From Octopus vulgaris (Eukaryota), in NCBI GenBank assembly GCA_951406725.2, contig OX597828.1, forward strand, positions 40,734,001 to 40,798,000: a stretch of DNA of 64,000 nucleotides, written 5' to 3'. The notes under the pieces were generated by a model, which saw only the letters and a program-made list of their open reading frames with translations, had not been told where the DNA came from and searched no databases. Within the stretch, counting starts at the first letter, position 1, and each line of letters begins with the position of its first letter. The position numbers and the translations under genes were made by a program. This document shows positions 38,171 through 51,730 of the stretch, one piece after another.

Positions 38171-41100
38171 TATCTGGGACCAAAGATATGGTCTTCAGAA
38201 ATAGGATCTCATAATGGCTTTTCTATTTGAGGGAGGAAAAAAAAATAACGAGGGTTCAGTACGTAGTAAGTCTATCTATCTCTCAAAGTTAGGTTTCAGA
38301 ATTAAGTAGAAGTCAAGCTGAAAACAGATCAGAAGAAATTCACATCAAAATATCACCAAATGATAAATGATATCTCAGTTGAATCCATGTCTTCCACTCA
38401 TTAGACTCAAGAATTCCACATCAGTGGTCATTAAAGATGACAACTCACAACCATACATTCATACACACACATTCAAGTTGATAATTGGCATTTATTAGGT
38501 TTCATTTTATTTTAATTAGGGAAAATATGTTTCAAGAATACAAAACAAACAAACAAAAAAATGAGCAATCAACCTAAAAAGTAACTTTTTGAAATATGTG
38601 TCACTCTGAGGGAGAAGGAACAACAGTCAGAAATAACATCAAAATCTGTGAATTGTGGGCACATAAACCAACATGCTAGGTTTTCCAAGGACAGAATTTA
38701 GCAAATGATGTCAACAATTATTTGGGCCCATAACTATAGTGAACAGGCCCTTTATGGGTTTTATGTAGTTATAGTGGTAGGTACACAAACTAACAGCTTT
38801 TAACATGATGCATGAGCATGGAAGTCAGTGTGGAACCATACAGAATTCTATTAGTATTTGGTGAGTAGAAATACTGACAGGGAGAAAGAAGGGGCAAAGA
38901 AAAAGGAGCAAAATGGCGCAGTCTACCTGGCATTGTGCTGCATATCCCAGCTTAGACCATAAACTCTGAAAGGGAAAATTTAAAATAAAAAATGTGGTGT
39001 AATCAAGCTAGAATAATTTCTTCTAATTGGTCGGGTATACTTGTACTGTATAGGAAAATAATTAGTTAAGAGAGCTGGCATATTTCTGTAATGAAGATAG
39101 GTAAAGAAAATATAGTTAATTAGAAAAGAAAAGAAAGACATACATAACAGACAATTAGAGAATTAATTGAAGGCATGAAATGAAACAGAAAGGAAAAGAG
39201 GAAGGAAAAAAAACCCAAACTGCAAGAAATAATTGCTTTTACACAATTTTAAGCGATTACTGACCCTTAACCCAGGAGTTTGAAACTTGTTATTGGCAGT
39301 GAATGCTGTTCTTGGTTAAAGAAAAAGGTCACATTATTTCTCCCAGTCTTTTATTTTGAACCCAAAAGTCAATGTTAGAGAGGACCAATAGTTGACACAA
39401 CTAGTTTACTTATTAGAACTATCTCACCTGTGCTACCAGGAATAAAACTAAGTACTCCTTAATCCAGCAGATTATTTGGACACCATTGGTTGCACCACCA
39501 GGGGAACTTCTGTGTAAGTGCATGACCTATTGAAAATAACAGTCAAATCTCTCTATCTCTCAAATCACTCTCAGTCTTGGGAAATGTAAAAACATTAGAT
39601 AATAATGTCCTACATAACTCGAAGTAAAGAGAAGACCATGGATCAAATACCTCGGATTACATCTATTCAATCAGGGTTGATCTTGGGTTAAACAGCAACT
39701 GTCAAAGAGTGAATTCTTAGTGCTTCCTCCAGTGCCTCAATGTTTACTATAGCTAAATAAAAGCTGAGTACTGTTGCTAGAGACGGCAATGTGCCAGCAT
39801 TAGGATAGGAACCAATGATGCCCCAGCTGGCACAATAACGCCATATCCACTAAAACTGCTGTGACTCTCTATACACTTAACTTGCCGTGACCCTCATAGG
39901 AGAGAAAGAAAAGTTTAACCAAGAGATTACACAACTTTAAAAATATATAAAATAGCTATGCTAATTATATATCACACCTCACAGCATATGATATGTGTTT
40001 GCAAACATACTTAAACCTGCTGTGAAACTTGTTTTAGGTGAATGACAACCACTGGTGTAATTTTTAGTGTTGATATAATCATTCCTTGGGGCACTCACAA
40101 AAAGGAATTTTAATTTAAGAGTGCAAAACTACTAATACTAAATGTTTACCTTTAGTTAAAGGGGTTACTGTTATTTGAAGGGGTTAACCAAAAAAGATGC
40201 AGTCACCACCCTCACCTGTTACAAACAAATCACATGACTGATAAGAACTAAAAGCATAATGACAAAAATACAGATGAAGAAGTAAATTAAAAAAAGCAAT
40301 GTAAATTAAAATGAAGATGTTCCGTGCAACAGAGAACATAAATGATTACAGAATTACAACATTTACACATGTTAATATGGGTTAAACAAATAAGGGAAGC
40401 TATAATTAAGCTGTTAAATTAGCAATGTATTAATTAGTGAAGTAGGATAGCATTTTTGAGGAACAGGGTACCAGATAGAACTGGATTATTAATCCCGAGT
40501 ATTAAACTTATATGGTTAGTCCACATGACTCCATAAGAAGCATAGAGCTGGTTTCCTGGTTTCTCTAGCATAAAAATATTCCTCCTTGAATGGGATGCCA
40601 GTCCATTACTCATTTTTGCCAGCTGAGTGGACTGGAGCAATGTGAAATGAAGTGTTTTGCTCAAGAACACAATGTATCACCCAGTTCAGGAACCAAAATC
40701 ACAATCCTACAATCTTGAGTTCAACACCCTAACCACTAAGTCATGTGCTTCTATTAAATGGCTTATGTGCTGATCCTTTATTGATGTTTAAGTTTCAAGT
40801 TAACTCTTATCAAATGCACTACAACCATGAACATCCTTTCATTTTGTTCTCCAGGAATTGGGTATCTATATTATCTAGAGTAGTGTTAGATGTCATCCTT
40901 CATTTTTTTTTAAGATGGTGCAGTGTGAATTAAGGAATGTTTGGCTGCTATTCATGGTCAACATGACAGTTGACCATGAAGAGGCTCCTTTACCATTGGT
41001 CACTTTTGTGCAGTGTGTCAGGTAAAGTAGAGATGATCAGAAACGAGATTTAACGAAAAGTTTGTAGGAAGTTACAGAGGTTGAAATCAGCCCTAAAGGA

Positions 41101-43647
41101 ATTAATAAACAGAAAAAAAAGAATAAACTGACAACTGAAACATGTTTTGTTTACTTAAATATGATTGCATGGTTGGAATTGGAAAGGTTTGCTTCACGAC
41201 TATATGTGGTTTTGAGTTTATTCCAACTGAATGGCATTGAAGCCATTGTACCTTCTACAATAATCTTGGATTGATCAATGGCTTGTGAGTGGAATTTGGT
41301 AGACTGAAACTATGAGGGAACTTCCATAACATACATACGTGTGTGTGTGTGTGTACATATATGAAATTCTTTTTTGGGAACAAGGATCTCAAACCACATA
41401 AAGCTATAAATAATATTTATAGCTTTGCGTGCTTTGAGATCCAATGTTCCAAAAAGAATTATTTTACATTCTCTCAAAAGTTTATAAAATTCTTATGTCA
41501 ACAATACACACATAATCATTTTAATGTCCATTTTTCTATGCTTGCATGAGTCAGGCAAAAGTCATTGAGGCAGGTTTTCTAAGGCTGGATGCCCTTCCAG
41601 TTGTCAAGGAAGGTAATAAATAGTTCACAAAGGCCAGACATGTTTTCACAGAAGATTTGAAATATCACTTGTATGATGGTGATGCATGCTTACCACTACC
41701 ATGCAATGTCAAAGAAGAAACAAACATGTGCACACACATATACAACAGGCTTCTTTCAGTTTCTGTCTGTCAAATCTACTCACAAAGGCTTGGTTGGCCT
41801 GGGTCTATAGTACAAGACACTTGCTCAATGTACCATGCAGTGCAATTGAACCTAAAACTATCTGATTGGGAAGCAAATTTAACCACACAACCATGCTTAT
41901 ACCAATATGCGTGAGTGAGAGTGTGTGTGTGTGTATCTTTTATTGAATTATTCCAGCAAAGGCTGTAAATATTGAAATATTGGTGTCTTTGAATAAAAAA
42001 TACCGTGTGTGATATTTTCCACACCAAGTTGCACAGATAATCCCTTGCCAGTTTTGTCGTCGTAAATGCAGCAAGCCACTGACTGGTCTGTTGGAAATTA
42101 ACAATGTAATTAAGCCTGGCTCTTGTTGGTTATGACTGGTTATCCCAATCGATAAATCAACCAAATAGCCTACCCATGAAATTAACCTGCAAGTGGCTGA
42201 GCACTCCACAGACATGCATGCCCTTAACGTAGTTCTCAGGGAGATTCAGTATGACACAGAGTGTGACAAGGCTGAGTGAACTGGAGCGATGAGAATGAAA
42301 AATGTTTTGCTCAAGAACACAACGCCCCACTGGAAATCGAACTCACAACTTTACAATCACGACCAAATACACCAGCCCCTAAGCCATGCATCATCCTTAA
42401 CAATGTTACTAATCGCCAAATATATTATGAAAATAAATATATACAACTTATTATAGCACCATAGTGACAATCACAATTTATAAAACTACTTATTTTAGTG
42501 TGAAAAGAATCCATTTTTTAAGCAAGTCAATTGTTCAAATCTCAAGATTTTATTTTGTATTTATTGTATTGATTCCACAAGACTAATTTGGACTTGATTA
42601 AAAGCTTGGAATCATGAAATGCTAAACTTGTTACTCTTAACATCTATATAGCCTAGGTTTTTTGGTTTGTTTTCACAATGTTGTCACATCCAGTTGCCAA
42701 CAACCTGTCAAAACACAGCTTGTTAGTTAAGACATAATGACAACTTGATGAACTGTCTAGCAGGATTAACAGTTCTGAATGAACAAAACTATGAAGGTCA
42801 GCTTAATGCTCGTCATTCAAGAATCAATAAGGATAAATTAAAAATAACATGTTTGACATCCATTTGATTGATAAACCCTAACAAAAACTGTTCAGATTAG
42901 TCATTTAGCAGGCTGTATCCTCTCACTGTCTTTTCTACTCCTACTATAATAAACAGTAATTATCTTCAAAAAATTCAAGCAAGACATGATTCTGATTGCA
43001 CAATAGTGATGATGATGATGATAATGATAATTATAAAAGTTGTTGAACAACCAAAGAAACCTGCAATATGCCAAGTATTAGAGACTAGATATGTGAAAAG
43101 CTTGAAGCAGTTTTTATCAACTTGATTTTCTTGCTAATTTCACTTCACCCCTACATCACCTCTCCTATAAATCCAAGAAACTGTGAAACTGTGCTTCCAT
43201 AGGAAATCCTTATTGTATCCGTTCTACGATGTTAAAGAATGATTTTGGCAAGGAATTATCTGTAAGATATATTTTTATCTCATCTGTTAAACAGATATTC
43301 TGTGAGCTGAGCATTAAACAGTTCATCCAACCGAGATGTCTGCTCTTGCATAGGTATGTAATATTGGATAATATATCTAAAACTCCAGCAGCCACTCACC
43401 TTTCCAACATCTGCACTGTATTCCATACAAGAACTCTGTTTACACCAAACATTATATGCAGTCCTTCATTATGAGAAGTGTTTTCATAAGTGGCCTCTTA
43501 ATCTTCTATGAGGTCACATTCCCAAATATACTCACTATGGTGGTTGCTGTGGCATGCCCCTATTATTCAGATGCTTGGAGGTTTAATCGGGTGACCAGTA
43601 TCAGAGTAAGACTTCTGAAAGTAGGATCTTATATGGAAGCCCAGCAT

Positions 43648-44070
43648 ACTCTTACTCTTTACTCTTTTACTTGTTTCAGTCATTTGACTGCAGCCATGCT
43701 GGAGCACCGCCTTTAGTCGAGCAAATCGACCCCGGGACTTATTCTTTGTAAGCCCAGTACTTATTCTATCGGTCTCTTTTGCCGAACCACTAAGTGGTAC
43801 GAGGACGTAAACAAACCAGCATCGGTTGTCAAGCAATGCTAGGGGGACAAACACAGACACACAAACATATACACACACACTTATATATATATATATACAT
43901 ATATACGACAGGCTTCTTTCAGTTTCCGTCTACCAAATCCACTCACAAGGCATTGGTCGGCCCGGGGCTATAGCAGAAGACACTTGCCCAAGATGCCACA
44001 CAGTGGGACTGAACCCGGAACCGTGTGGTTGGTTAGCAAGCTACTTACCACACAGCCACTCCTGCGCCTG
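43648..44070 (-). mobile_element. Family-A tRNA-SINE, full-length young copy
   Basis: Complete head (ggcgcaggagtggctgtgtggtaagtagc...gggttcagtccca), CORE-like segment and tail. CpGs retained. Confidence 0.88.
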
Positions 44071-44961
44071 AACTAAGCTTCAATTTAACCATTTAACATT
44101 CAGATTACTCCCACTTTGAATTAATCACATATTATCTTGTAGCTTCGAGATTTTGATGATGTAATTATTTTTAGAATGCCATTGTAGGGTAAGTGTGTGA
44201 GACCAGATCTGGCTGGTTTGAGCATAAAACAAATAGAATATTTGGGCCAGATATGGCCAGTTTAAATGCTAAAGGATCAATCTGGTGCTAGTGAGAGAAA
44301 TTAAAAGGGGCAAGTTGGCTAAGAAGAGATATTTGTATAAGGCTGAAAATGAAGCAGGAAAAAGACCCAGTTTCACCAAGAAGTAACGCAATACAAAAGA
44401 ACGCATGTTTTGTCAAGACAGCAAAGCCTCACTCTCAACATAGTTAGAGCTCATCAGCTGAAAGCTTTGAAAGAGTATTAGTAGTTTTAATCCTTTAGCG
44501 TTTAAACTAGCCATATCAGACCCAAATATTCTATTGGTTTTATGTTGATACTGACCAGATCCAGCCTTTCACACCTACCCTACAGTATCATTCTAAAAGT
44601 ATATAATCACATCACAGAGATCTCAAAGCCACAAGATAATGCATGATTAATTCAAAACAATGTGAATGAAAAGCTTTACATTTAAAAGAATAATTTGAAT
44701 GCTAAACAGTTAAATCCTACATTACCTGCACCAATACTACACATCACTGGGTTTCTAAGGTTCTCCTCAAGCTATTTCCATCCTTCCCACCCTCCATTTG
44801 AACCTACCCCCCCAACTAGTGTTACATCGCTAGTCACTGTACCAAGCAGGAAGTTAGCAAGGGATACCTACTTCAGAGATACAAAAACAACAATAGTGAG
44901 TGATAATTGCTTCTGACACTGTTATGAGGTCACCACAATTAGCAACGGAAGAAAACGTATA

Positions 44962-45459
44962 CAGCAATGCCTCAATATACAGGTTAATTCAATCCTGGAG
45001 ATCGCTTGTAAAGTGAAAACTTGCAATGCAGAGCAATTATTTCCCATGGTAGCAATGAAACTTTATGCCTTGATTTTAGTCTGTTACTGTGTAGATGCAC
45101 CAGAACCAGTGGTGCCACATGTTGCGACGTTACCATACACACAAATCGGCTTTTACTCTTTTACTTGTTTCAGTCATTTGACTGCGGCCATGCTGGAGCA
45201 CCGCCTTTAGTCGAGCAAATCGACCCCGGGACTTATTCTTTGTAAGCCCAGTACTTATTCTATCGGCCTCTTTTGCCGAACCGCTAAGTGACAGGGACGT
45301 AAACACACCAGCATCGGTTGTCAAGCAATGCTAGGGGGACAAACACAGACACACAAACATATACACACACACTGTTTAACCTTTTTATATTCATCATAAA
45401 ATAAAACTAGTAAACCCGGGGTCTTGTAAAGTGGGTCCTTGTAAAGTGAGGCATTACTG
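44962..45459. mobile_element. Tigger/pogo-type MITE with a family-A SINE tail nested at 45148-45371
   Basis: ta|cagcaatgcctcaatatac ... gtaaagtgaggcattactg|ta: TIRs with a TA target duplication. Confidence 0.75.
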
Positions 45460-45857
45460 TAGTTGATTTATTCCAGCTCAAAATACGGCTATTACACTTA
45501 TTTTATTGACCCTGGAGAGGATTTGAATTCAGAACAGAAAAGAGCAAGATCAAACAGCACGGCAGGTAGGGAGGGAACTTAGCCTTTTTCTCTACCATCT
45601 TCACAAGATAACAATAATGGTTTCTACTATAGGCACAAAGCCTGAAATTCTGGGTTTTAGGGGCCAGTTGATTACATCAGTCCCAGTACTCAGCTGGTCA
45701 TTCTTTTACTGATCCCAAAAGGATTAAAGGCAAAGAAAGACAAAGTTTACCTTGTTGGAATTTGAACTCAGAATATAAAGCTGGAACAAATGCCACAAAG
45801 TAATTTGTCTGGCATGCTAATGAGTCTGCCAACTCACCTGCTTCACAAAGTAATAAT

Positions 45858-46211
45858 AACAAAAGCATTCAGAGAGCGCAAACCTCTGCCAAGGCACCAC
45901 CAACTGGAGATGATTTTTAAAATGAGAATATCTGAAATAAACTCGACTGCTCTCACAAACGAGAATATTAAAAATGAACCCGACGACTCTCAAAAATTAA
46001 GTAAAAAAAAAAACAAAAATAAGCCAGAATCCTTTTCCGGTACTTGATTGATCCCAAAATCTAATCAGTTCATGCCAGTCATGAGGTCAAACATCCCTGA
46101 AAGTTTCATTTGAATCTATTCAGCAGTTCTTGAGATATCTTGTCCACAGACAAACAAACAAACAAACATGACTGAAAACAATACCTCCACCTTTGCTAAA
46201 GTGGAGGTAAT
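45858..46211 (-). mobile_element. Non-autonomous Helentron (HINE/DINE-1-like)
   Basis: One end carries the palindrome acctccacctttgctaaagtggaggt. The other end has the subterminal repeat acctctgcc next to the short hairpin gcattcagagagcgc. There is an internal (CAAA)n microsatellite and AA/TT flanks. Confidence 0.7.
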
Positions 46212-46729
46212 GATTTGCAACAAGCATAACACTGCACATTTTCCTTTATTGATCAATTCTGCTACCCACTGCCAAATAATTTCCCATTTCTTAATACAAG
46301 GCTAAAAATATTTATGGGAGGATGTAGTCACTTTAATCAACATCAGTAATGTTACAGCTGCTTATTTTATTAACCCAGAAGGGTGAAAGGTAATGTCAGG
46401 CCACAGAAAAATTGCAATTCAGAATGTAAACATGCATAATTAAATGCCACACAGAATTTTATCCCCTCCTCTGCCACTGCCCCACCTTAAGGAAACATGA
46501 TTTTTTTTTTTAATCTTAATATTTATTTTATTAACTTGGGATTTAAACTCATAACTGTGAAGTACCATACTAATTAGCATTAAGTGCTGTTGCACTAACA
46601 TAATTGCTTTTCTATCAGAATAATTGGCATTAATTTATGTTGTATACTGATTGTGGTATCGAATGCTGGATATGCCTTTAAGATTAGCATTGACCTTACA
46701 CACACACATTAGCACATATATATAATAAT

Positions 46730-46910
46730 AATATCAAAGGGTAATCTGAACAATAGACTATTATTCATATAAAAAGTGTACATTTAAACACATAAGAGGT
46801 ATCCATCATATTTTATGCCTAATAGTGGTTTGGAATTTAACTGTCCTCTCTAGCGTGAGGTAGTCCTATGATGGATACCTCTTATGTGTTTAAATGTACA
46901 CTGTATTTAT
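46730..46910. mobile_element. Fold-back element in a (TA)n context with perfect 36-bp inverted arms
   Basis: agtgtacatttaaacacataagaggtatccatcata at 46775-46810 and its exact reverse complement at 46867-46902. Confidence 0.65.
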
Positions 46911-47161
46911 ATATATATATATTAATGTGTGTGTGTGTGTGTGTGTGTGAGGTCCTGAGGGAGCAGAAAGGGTTAGGGTTGAAAGCAGAGTTGGTACAGA
47001 AACAATTGTAAATAGTCATTAAAGATGTGTTTAAGTCTTTCTTCGTCTTCTTATTTGGATATATATAGATATATATATATATATATATATACACACAAAT
47101 ATACTCATATTTTGAATTCTGTTTGTATCAATATACCTGTATGTATATATGTATGTGTGTG

Positions 47162-47328
47162 TATATATATTTGAAAGAATGAGTAGAGATGGTTTTTTTG
47201 AAGGGATAATTTTTATTTTAATCTTAATGTTTAGTGAGTTACTCACTGTAAACATTATAATTAAGATTAATATCAAAAAAATTATCCCTTTAAAAATGCC
47301 ATGTCTACTCATTCTTTCAAATATATAT
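47162..47328. repeat. Fold-back element (~70-bp imperfect inverted arms) flanked by (TA)n
   Basis: tatatatatttgaaagaatgagtaga...aagggataattttt versus aaaaattatccctt...tctactcattctttcaaatatatata, with central agtgagt-t-actcact. Confidence 0.75.
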
Positions 47329-47363
47329 AATATTGTAGCAAGAACTTTCTCTTTATTATTCTA

Positions 47364-47408
<45 letters not shown>

Positions 47409-47614
47409 CATATAAATTCTGTGTTGTTTGCTCTTAGGTCAAACCAACCAGACTTATGATCACAACATTTCCAACCATAATCCTCCCTTCTTTCTTTCAA
47501 GTAATGTATCTAGGACAAAGCATTTATTCAAGGTTCCCTACATTTTCATTCAAAAATGATACAAAGCGATTTGGAAGAAATTTGGCAGCTGCCTCTCGCA
47601 GAGTGAGCAATTAC

Positions 47615-48340
47615 ACAGAACTACCTTGCTGACTCATGTGAGAGGTATAACCTGCTATGGTCTTCTGTTCTGTTTAATGTTTCCCATAGCTCTCCTATGC
47701 ATCATAATCATCTGTCACCATCCAGTCCCACCCCATAAACATTACTTACACACAAGAGTAGACATCATATCTTGGTATTCTGAGCAATGCTCAGCTTACA
47801 AAATAATTAATCAACACATATAATATATTTCTTTTTTATCTTTTACATGCTTCAGTCATTGGACTGCAGCCATGGTAGGGCATTGCCTTAAAGTGTTTAG
47901 TTGAACAAACTGACCCCAGTATTTATCTTTTTTTTTCTTTAAAGTATGGTACTTAGTCTATCGAGCCCTCTCGCTGAACTGTTAGGTTATGGCAGTGGGG
48001 GACTAAATAAACCAACACCAGCAGTCAGGTGGTGAAACAAATACAAACACACACACACATAAGATTCCACACAGTTTCCATCTACCAGATTCACTCACAA
48101 GGCATTGGTCAGCCCAGGACTACAGCAGAAGGTGCTGTGCACTGAAAATGAAACCAAAACCATGTGGTTGTTTAAGCAAGCTTACATTTGAGAAGATTCC
48201 TCATTGAAACCATTCTACAACAAAACAGACAGAAACAAACTATATGGATTTGCAACAACAGTACATTATGGGAAATATTAGACAGAACAGAAGACTGTAG
48301 CAGGTTATACGTCTCGCATGAGTCAACAAGGCAGTTCTGT
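47615..48340. repeat. Local ~72-bp inverted duplication (47615-47687 / 48267-48340) bracketing a family-A SINE
   Basis: cagaactaccttgctgactcatgtgagaggtataacctgctatggtcttctgttctgtttaatgtttcccata matches the reverse complement of 48267-48340 with ~8 mismatches. Confidence 0.85.
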
Positions 48341-49247
48341 TTTCACAGGTAAGGAATGGGTCAGAGAAGGAAAGAGCATTGGCAATAAAGTGAAATAGAA
48401 TTATAAAACCTGAAACCATCTTGCAAGTTTGCTTTATCAAGCCTTGCTGACCTCTCTATCTCTCTCTCTGCCACATTGTGAGTTTCTTTGGATATTCAAC
48501 AATAACAATCATAATTTCTTTAAGATATTTTAGTAATGAAATTAATATAATTTTTCACATATACATTACTCCAAGTGGAAAAATCTTCCTCAGTAGATAT
48601 GCATATGCTAATATATGTGTGTGGAGGTGCATGGCTTAGTGGTTAGGGTGTTGCACTCATGAACATATAAGAATGCGACTGATTCCTGGTTCAGGCAATA
48701 CATTTGCATTCTTTTAAAAATTCTTCAGTCTACTCAGCTAGCAAAAATTAGTAATCTTATGCTGGTATGGGTTGGACGGTTTGACTGGGCTGGCACGCTG
48801 GAAGGCTGCACCAGGCTCCAGTCTGATTTGGCATGGTTTTCTATGGCTGGATACCTTTCCTAATGCTAACCACTCCAAGTGTGTAATGGGTGCTTTTATG
48901 TGCCACCAGCATGGGAGCCATTTGCGTGACACCAGTATCTGCCATGACTGCAATTTTGCTCAGCTTGATAAGTCTTCTTCTCAAGCATGGCATAATGCCA
49001 AAAGCCTAGATCATTGCCTCTGTGGGGCCCAACACACACACACACATGATGGGTTTCTTTTCGTACCTGTCTGCTAAATCCACTTAAAAGGCTTTAGTCA
49101 GTCTGGGGCTATAGTAGCCGTCTGCCCAACCATGCTTGCACATAAACAGATTTTCAAAATTTTCACCAAATTATTACCTTCTTTACAAATAATGTGATTA
49201 ATGACATAGGTTAAACCTTAGATAGAAAATCTCACAAAGATACACAT

Positions 49248-49760
49248 ATCATCATCATCATCATTTAACGTCCGCTTTCCATGCTAGCATGGGTTGGATG
49301 ATTTGACTGAGGACTGGTGAACCAGATGGCTGCACCAGGCTCCAATCTTGATCTGGCAGAATTTCTACAGCTGGATGCCCTTCCTAACGCCAACTACTCC
49401 AAGAGTGTAGTGGGTGCTTTTACGTGCCACTGGCACGAGGGCCAGTCAGGCGGTACTAGCAACAGCCACGCTCAAATGGTGTTTTTTTTTACATGCCACC
49501 TGCACAAGAGCTAGTCGAGCAGCACTGGCAATGACCTCACTTGAATGTTTTTTTCACATGCCACGGGTACAAATACCAGTAAGGCGACGATGGTAACGAT
49601 CACGCTCGAATGGTGCTTTTTACATGCCACCAGCACAGAAACCAGTTAGCTGCTTTGGCAATGATCACGCTTGGATGGTGCTATTAGCACACCACTAGCA
49701 CGGATGCCAGTCATCGAATTTGATTTCGATTTCACTTGCCTCAACAGGTCTTTGCAAGCA
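49248..49760 (-). mobile_element. SINE family D with RTE-like (GAT)n 3' tail and internal ~60-bp tandem units
   Basis: (cat)n-ttaacgtccgctttccatgctagcatgggttgg, then ggtgcttttacgtgccac-like units repeated ~5 times. Related copies at 17430-17590, 48755-49030 and 56062-56450. Confidence 0.75.
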
Positions 49761-50621
49761 GATAAATAGAAAGAAAACAAAAATAAAGTTAAAAAGTATA
49801 AAACAGGTTTTGATACTGAGTTGTTAAACAGTATCTAGCATTGAAGCAGTTAGCTCAGCCTCCAACTGTCCTCTCCACTCACAGGTAAGAAAGCAATAAA
49901 TTTGAACTGAAGTATTGAATTAAGCCAATCACAGTTACTAGTATTCTATTCAACTCAGAATAATGAAAAGCAATGCTAGGTGGGATCTGAACCAGAATAT
50001 ATAAGCAAAGTATTTAGTCTAACACTTCCTGATCTAATTAATAAGAACTGTTCTAATTTAGGTACCAGACCAGTAATGTTTGAGGAAAGGGTGTTAGTCA
50101 ATCACATTAACCTCAAGATATGAGTGGCATTTTATTTTTAAAATTTTTGTACCTTGAAAGATGAAATGGCAAAGTGGCAAGTCTGGCATATGACAGGACT
50201 TGAATTCAGTACTTAAAGTACTGAAAAAAATACCACTAAGCAATTTTCCCCAACACTCTAATGATCCTGACAGCTCACCACTCTCAAATAATAATAGATC
50301 CTGATTTATATACAAGGACAGCAATTTTGAAGACAAGGGTTTACCAGTTCTTGCCTGGTATTTTATTTTACTGATGACTCCCCACCCTCGAGAAATGAAA
50401 GGCAAAGGAAGGATTTGAACACAGGATGTAAAGACCAGGAAGAAAAACTGCAAAGCATTTCATTCAATGCTCTAATGTTTCTGCCAATTCACCACCAATA
50501 ATAATAATAATAATAATAATATTGGTGGTGAATGGGTTTTAAATTTTGGCACAAGGCCAGCAATTTTAGGGGTGGGAGTTAAGTCAATTACATTGACCCC
50601 CCATACTCAACTAATACTTAG

Positions 50622-50940
50622 CATGTGAAATCCCTAGCTGGCGACTGAAAAGGGAAGCTGTCTTCTGGTGATGATGTTATTCCACACTTTCTAATCCATG
50701 GCGCTGGCCTTGGTACGCTTGATGTCAAGGCACTGCAACTTCTTCTTCTTCAATTTGTTTCAACTATGTCTTCTTTGGTGTGCTGCACAGATTCTCCAGT
50801 GTGTGTGTCACTGTCATCACAAAAGTTGGTGTGGTAGTCTTTCAGTGCTCACCCTGCAGATGTGACCAAACCACTGTAGCCGGTACTGTCTCAGACTTGG
50901 TTTTCAATGGTCAGCTGCTGCTGCTGCTGGCATTGTTCTC
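50622..50940 (-). pseudogene. RTE-clade LINE 3' fragment inserted inside a family-B SINE
   Basis: Translates RQYRLQWFGHICRVSTERLPHQLL. The family-B SINE halves flank it at 50535-50620 and 50941-51050. Confidence 0.8.
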
Positions 50941-51693
50941 AGATGAAAGAGAAAGTCAGTCTCAGTCAGATTTGAACCCAGAACATAAAGCCAAAAGAAA
51001 TGCTACTAAGCATTTCTATCCAGCATGCTAATGATTCTGCCAGCTTGCCACTTTAATAAAAAGTAGATTTCTTTTTTTAACCATTCCCAGGGTAATATTT
51101 AATATTACAACTTCACTAAAAAAAACATGGCGAGAAGTTAGTGATTCAAGAGCTGGCATGTGTCTTTTGACTAATCAAATCTGAACAGGGAAGGTTTTAT
51201 AATAAAAAAAAATTTTTTAAAAACCAAGAAAAAGAGCAGGTATAACTTAATTTTTCATTTTTATAACGATTTCCACATCTGACTCCAAATAAAGAATTTT
51301 AATTAGGTGATTATATATTTTCCTAATTACTCATCAAAAATGTTCAAGGTTCTTCAATAAGAGAACAGCAGACTTACAATGAAAATATTAACTCTCGACA
51401 CCTAAGATAAGTAAATTTTAATGCCACAAATTTTTAAGTAGATTAATATTGCCATAAAAATTATCTGTATGTGAGCTATGCAGATGGTGTGCTACCTAAG
51501 AAACAGAGTTGGGGCTCCTTATTAATTTTACTTAGCCGTTATTTCATTTCATTGTTCTTTCCATTTTTTAAAAAAAATTTGGGGGGTTCCTTTCCTTGTA
51601 AAACAAACTATCCCCAAGCTCAATTTCTTTCTTAATAAAATCTGCATTCTTTGTGCAAAGAGAAAGACTGAAGTGTGTATGTGTAAGAAGCAT

Positions 51694-51730
<37 letters not shown>

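Noticed and set aside
43295-43353. Plus-strand 59-nt exon-like segment (cag|...|gtatgt)
   Set aside because: It has no recognisable peptide and no partner exons on that strand.
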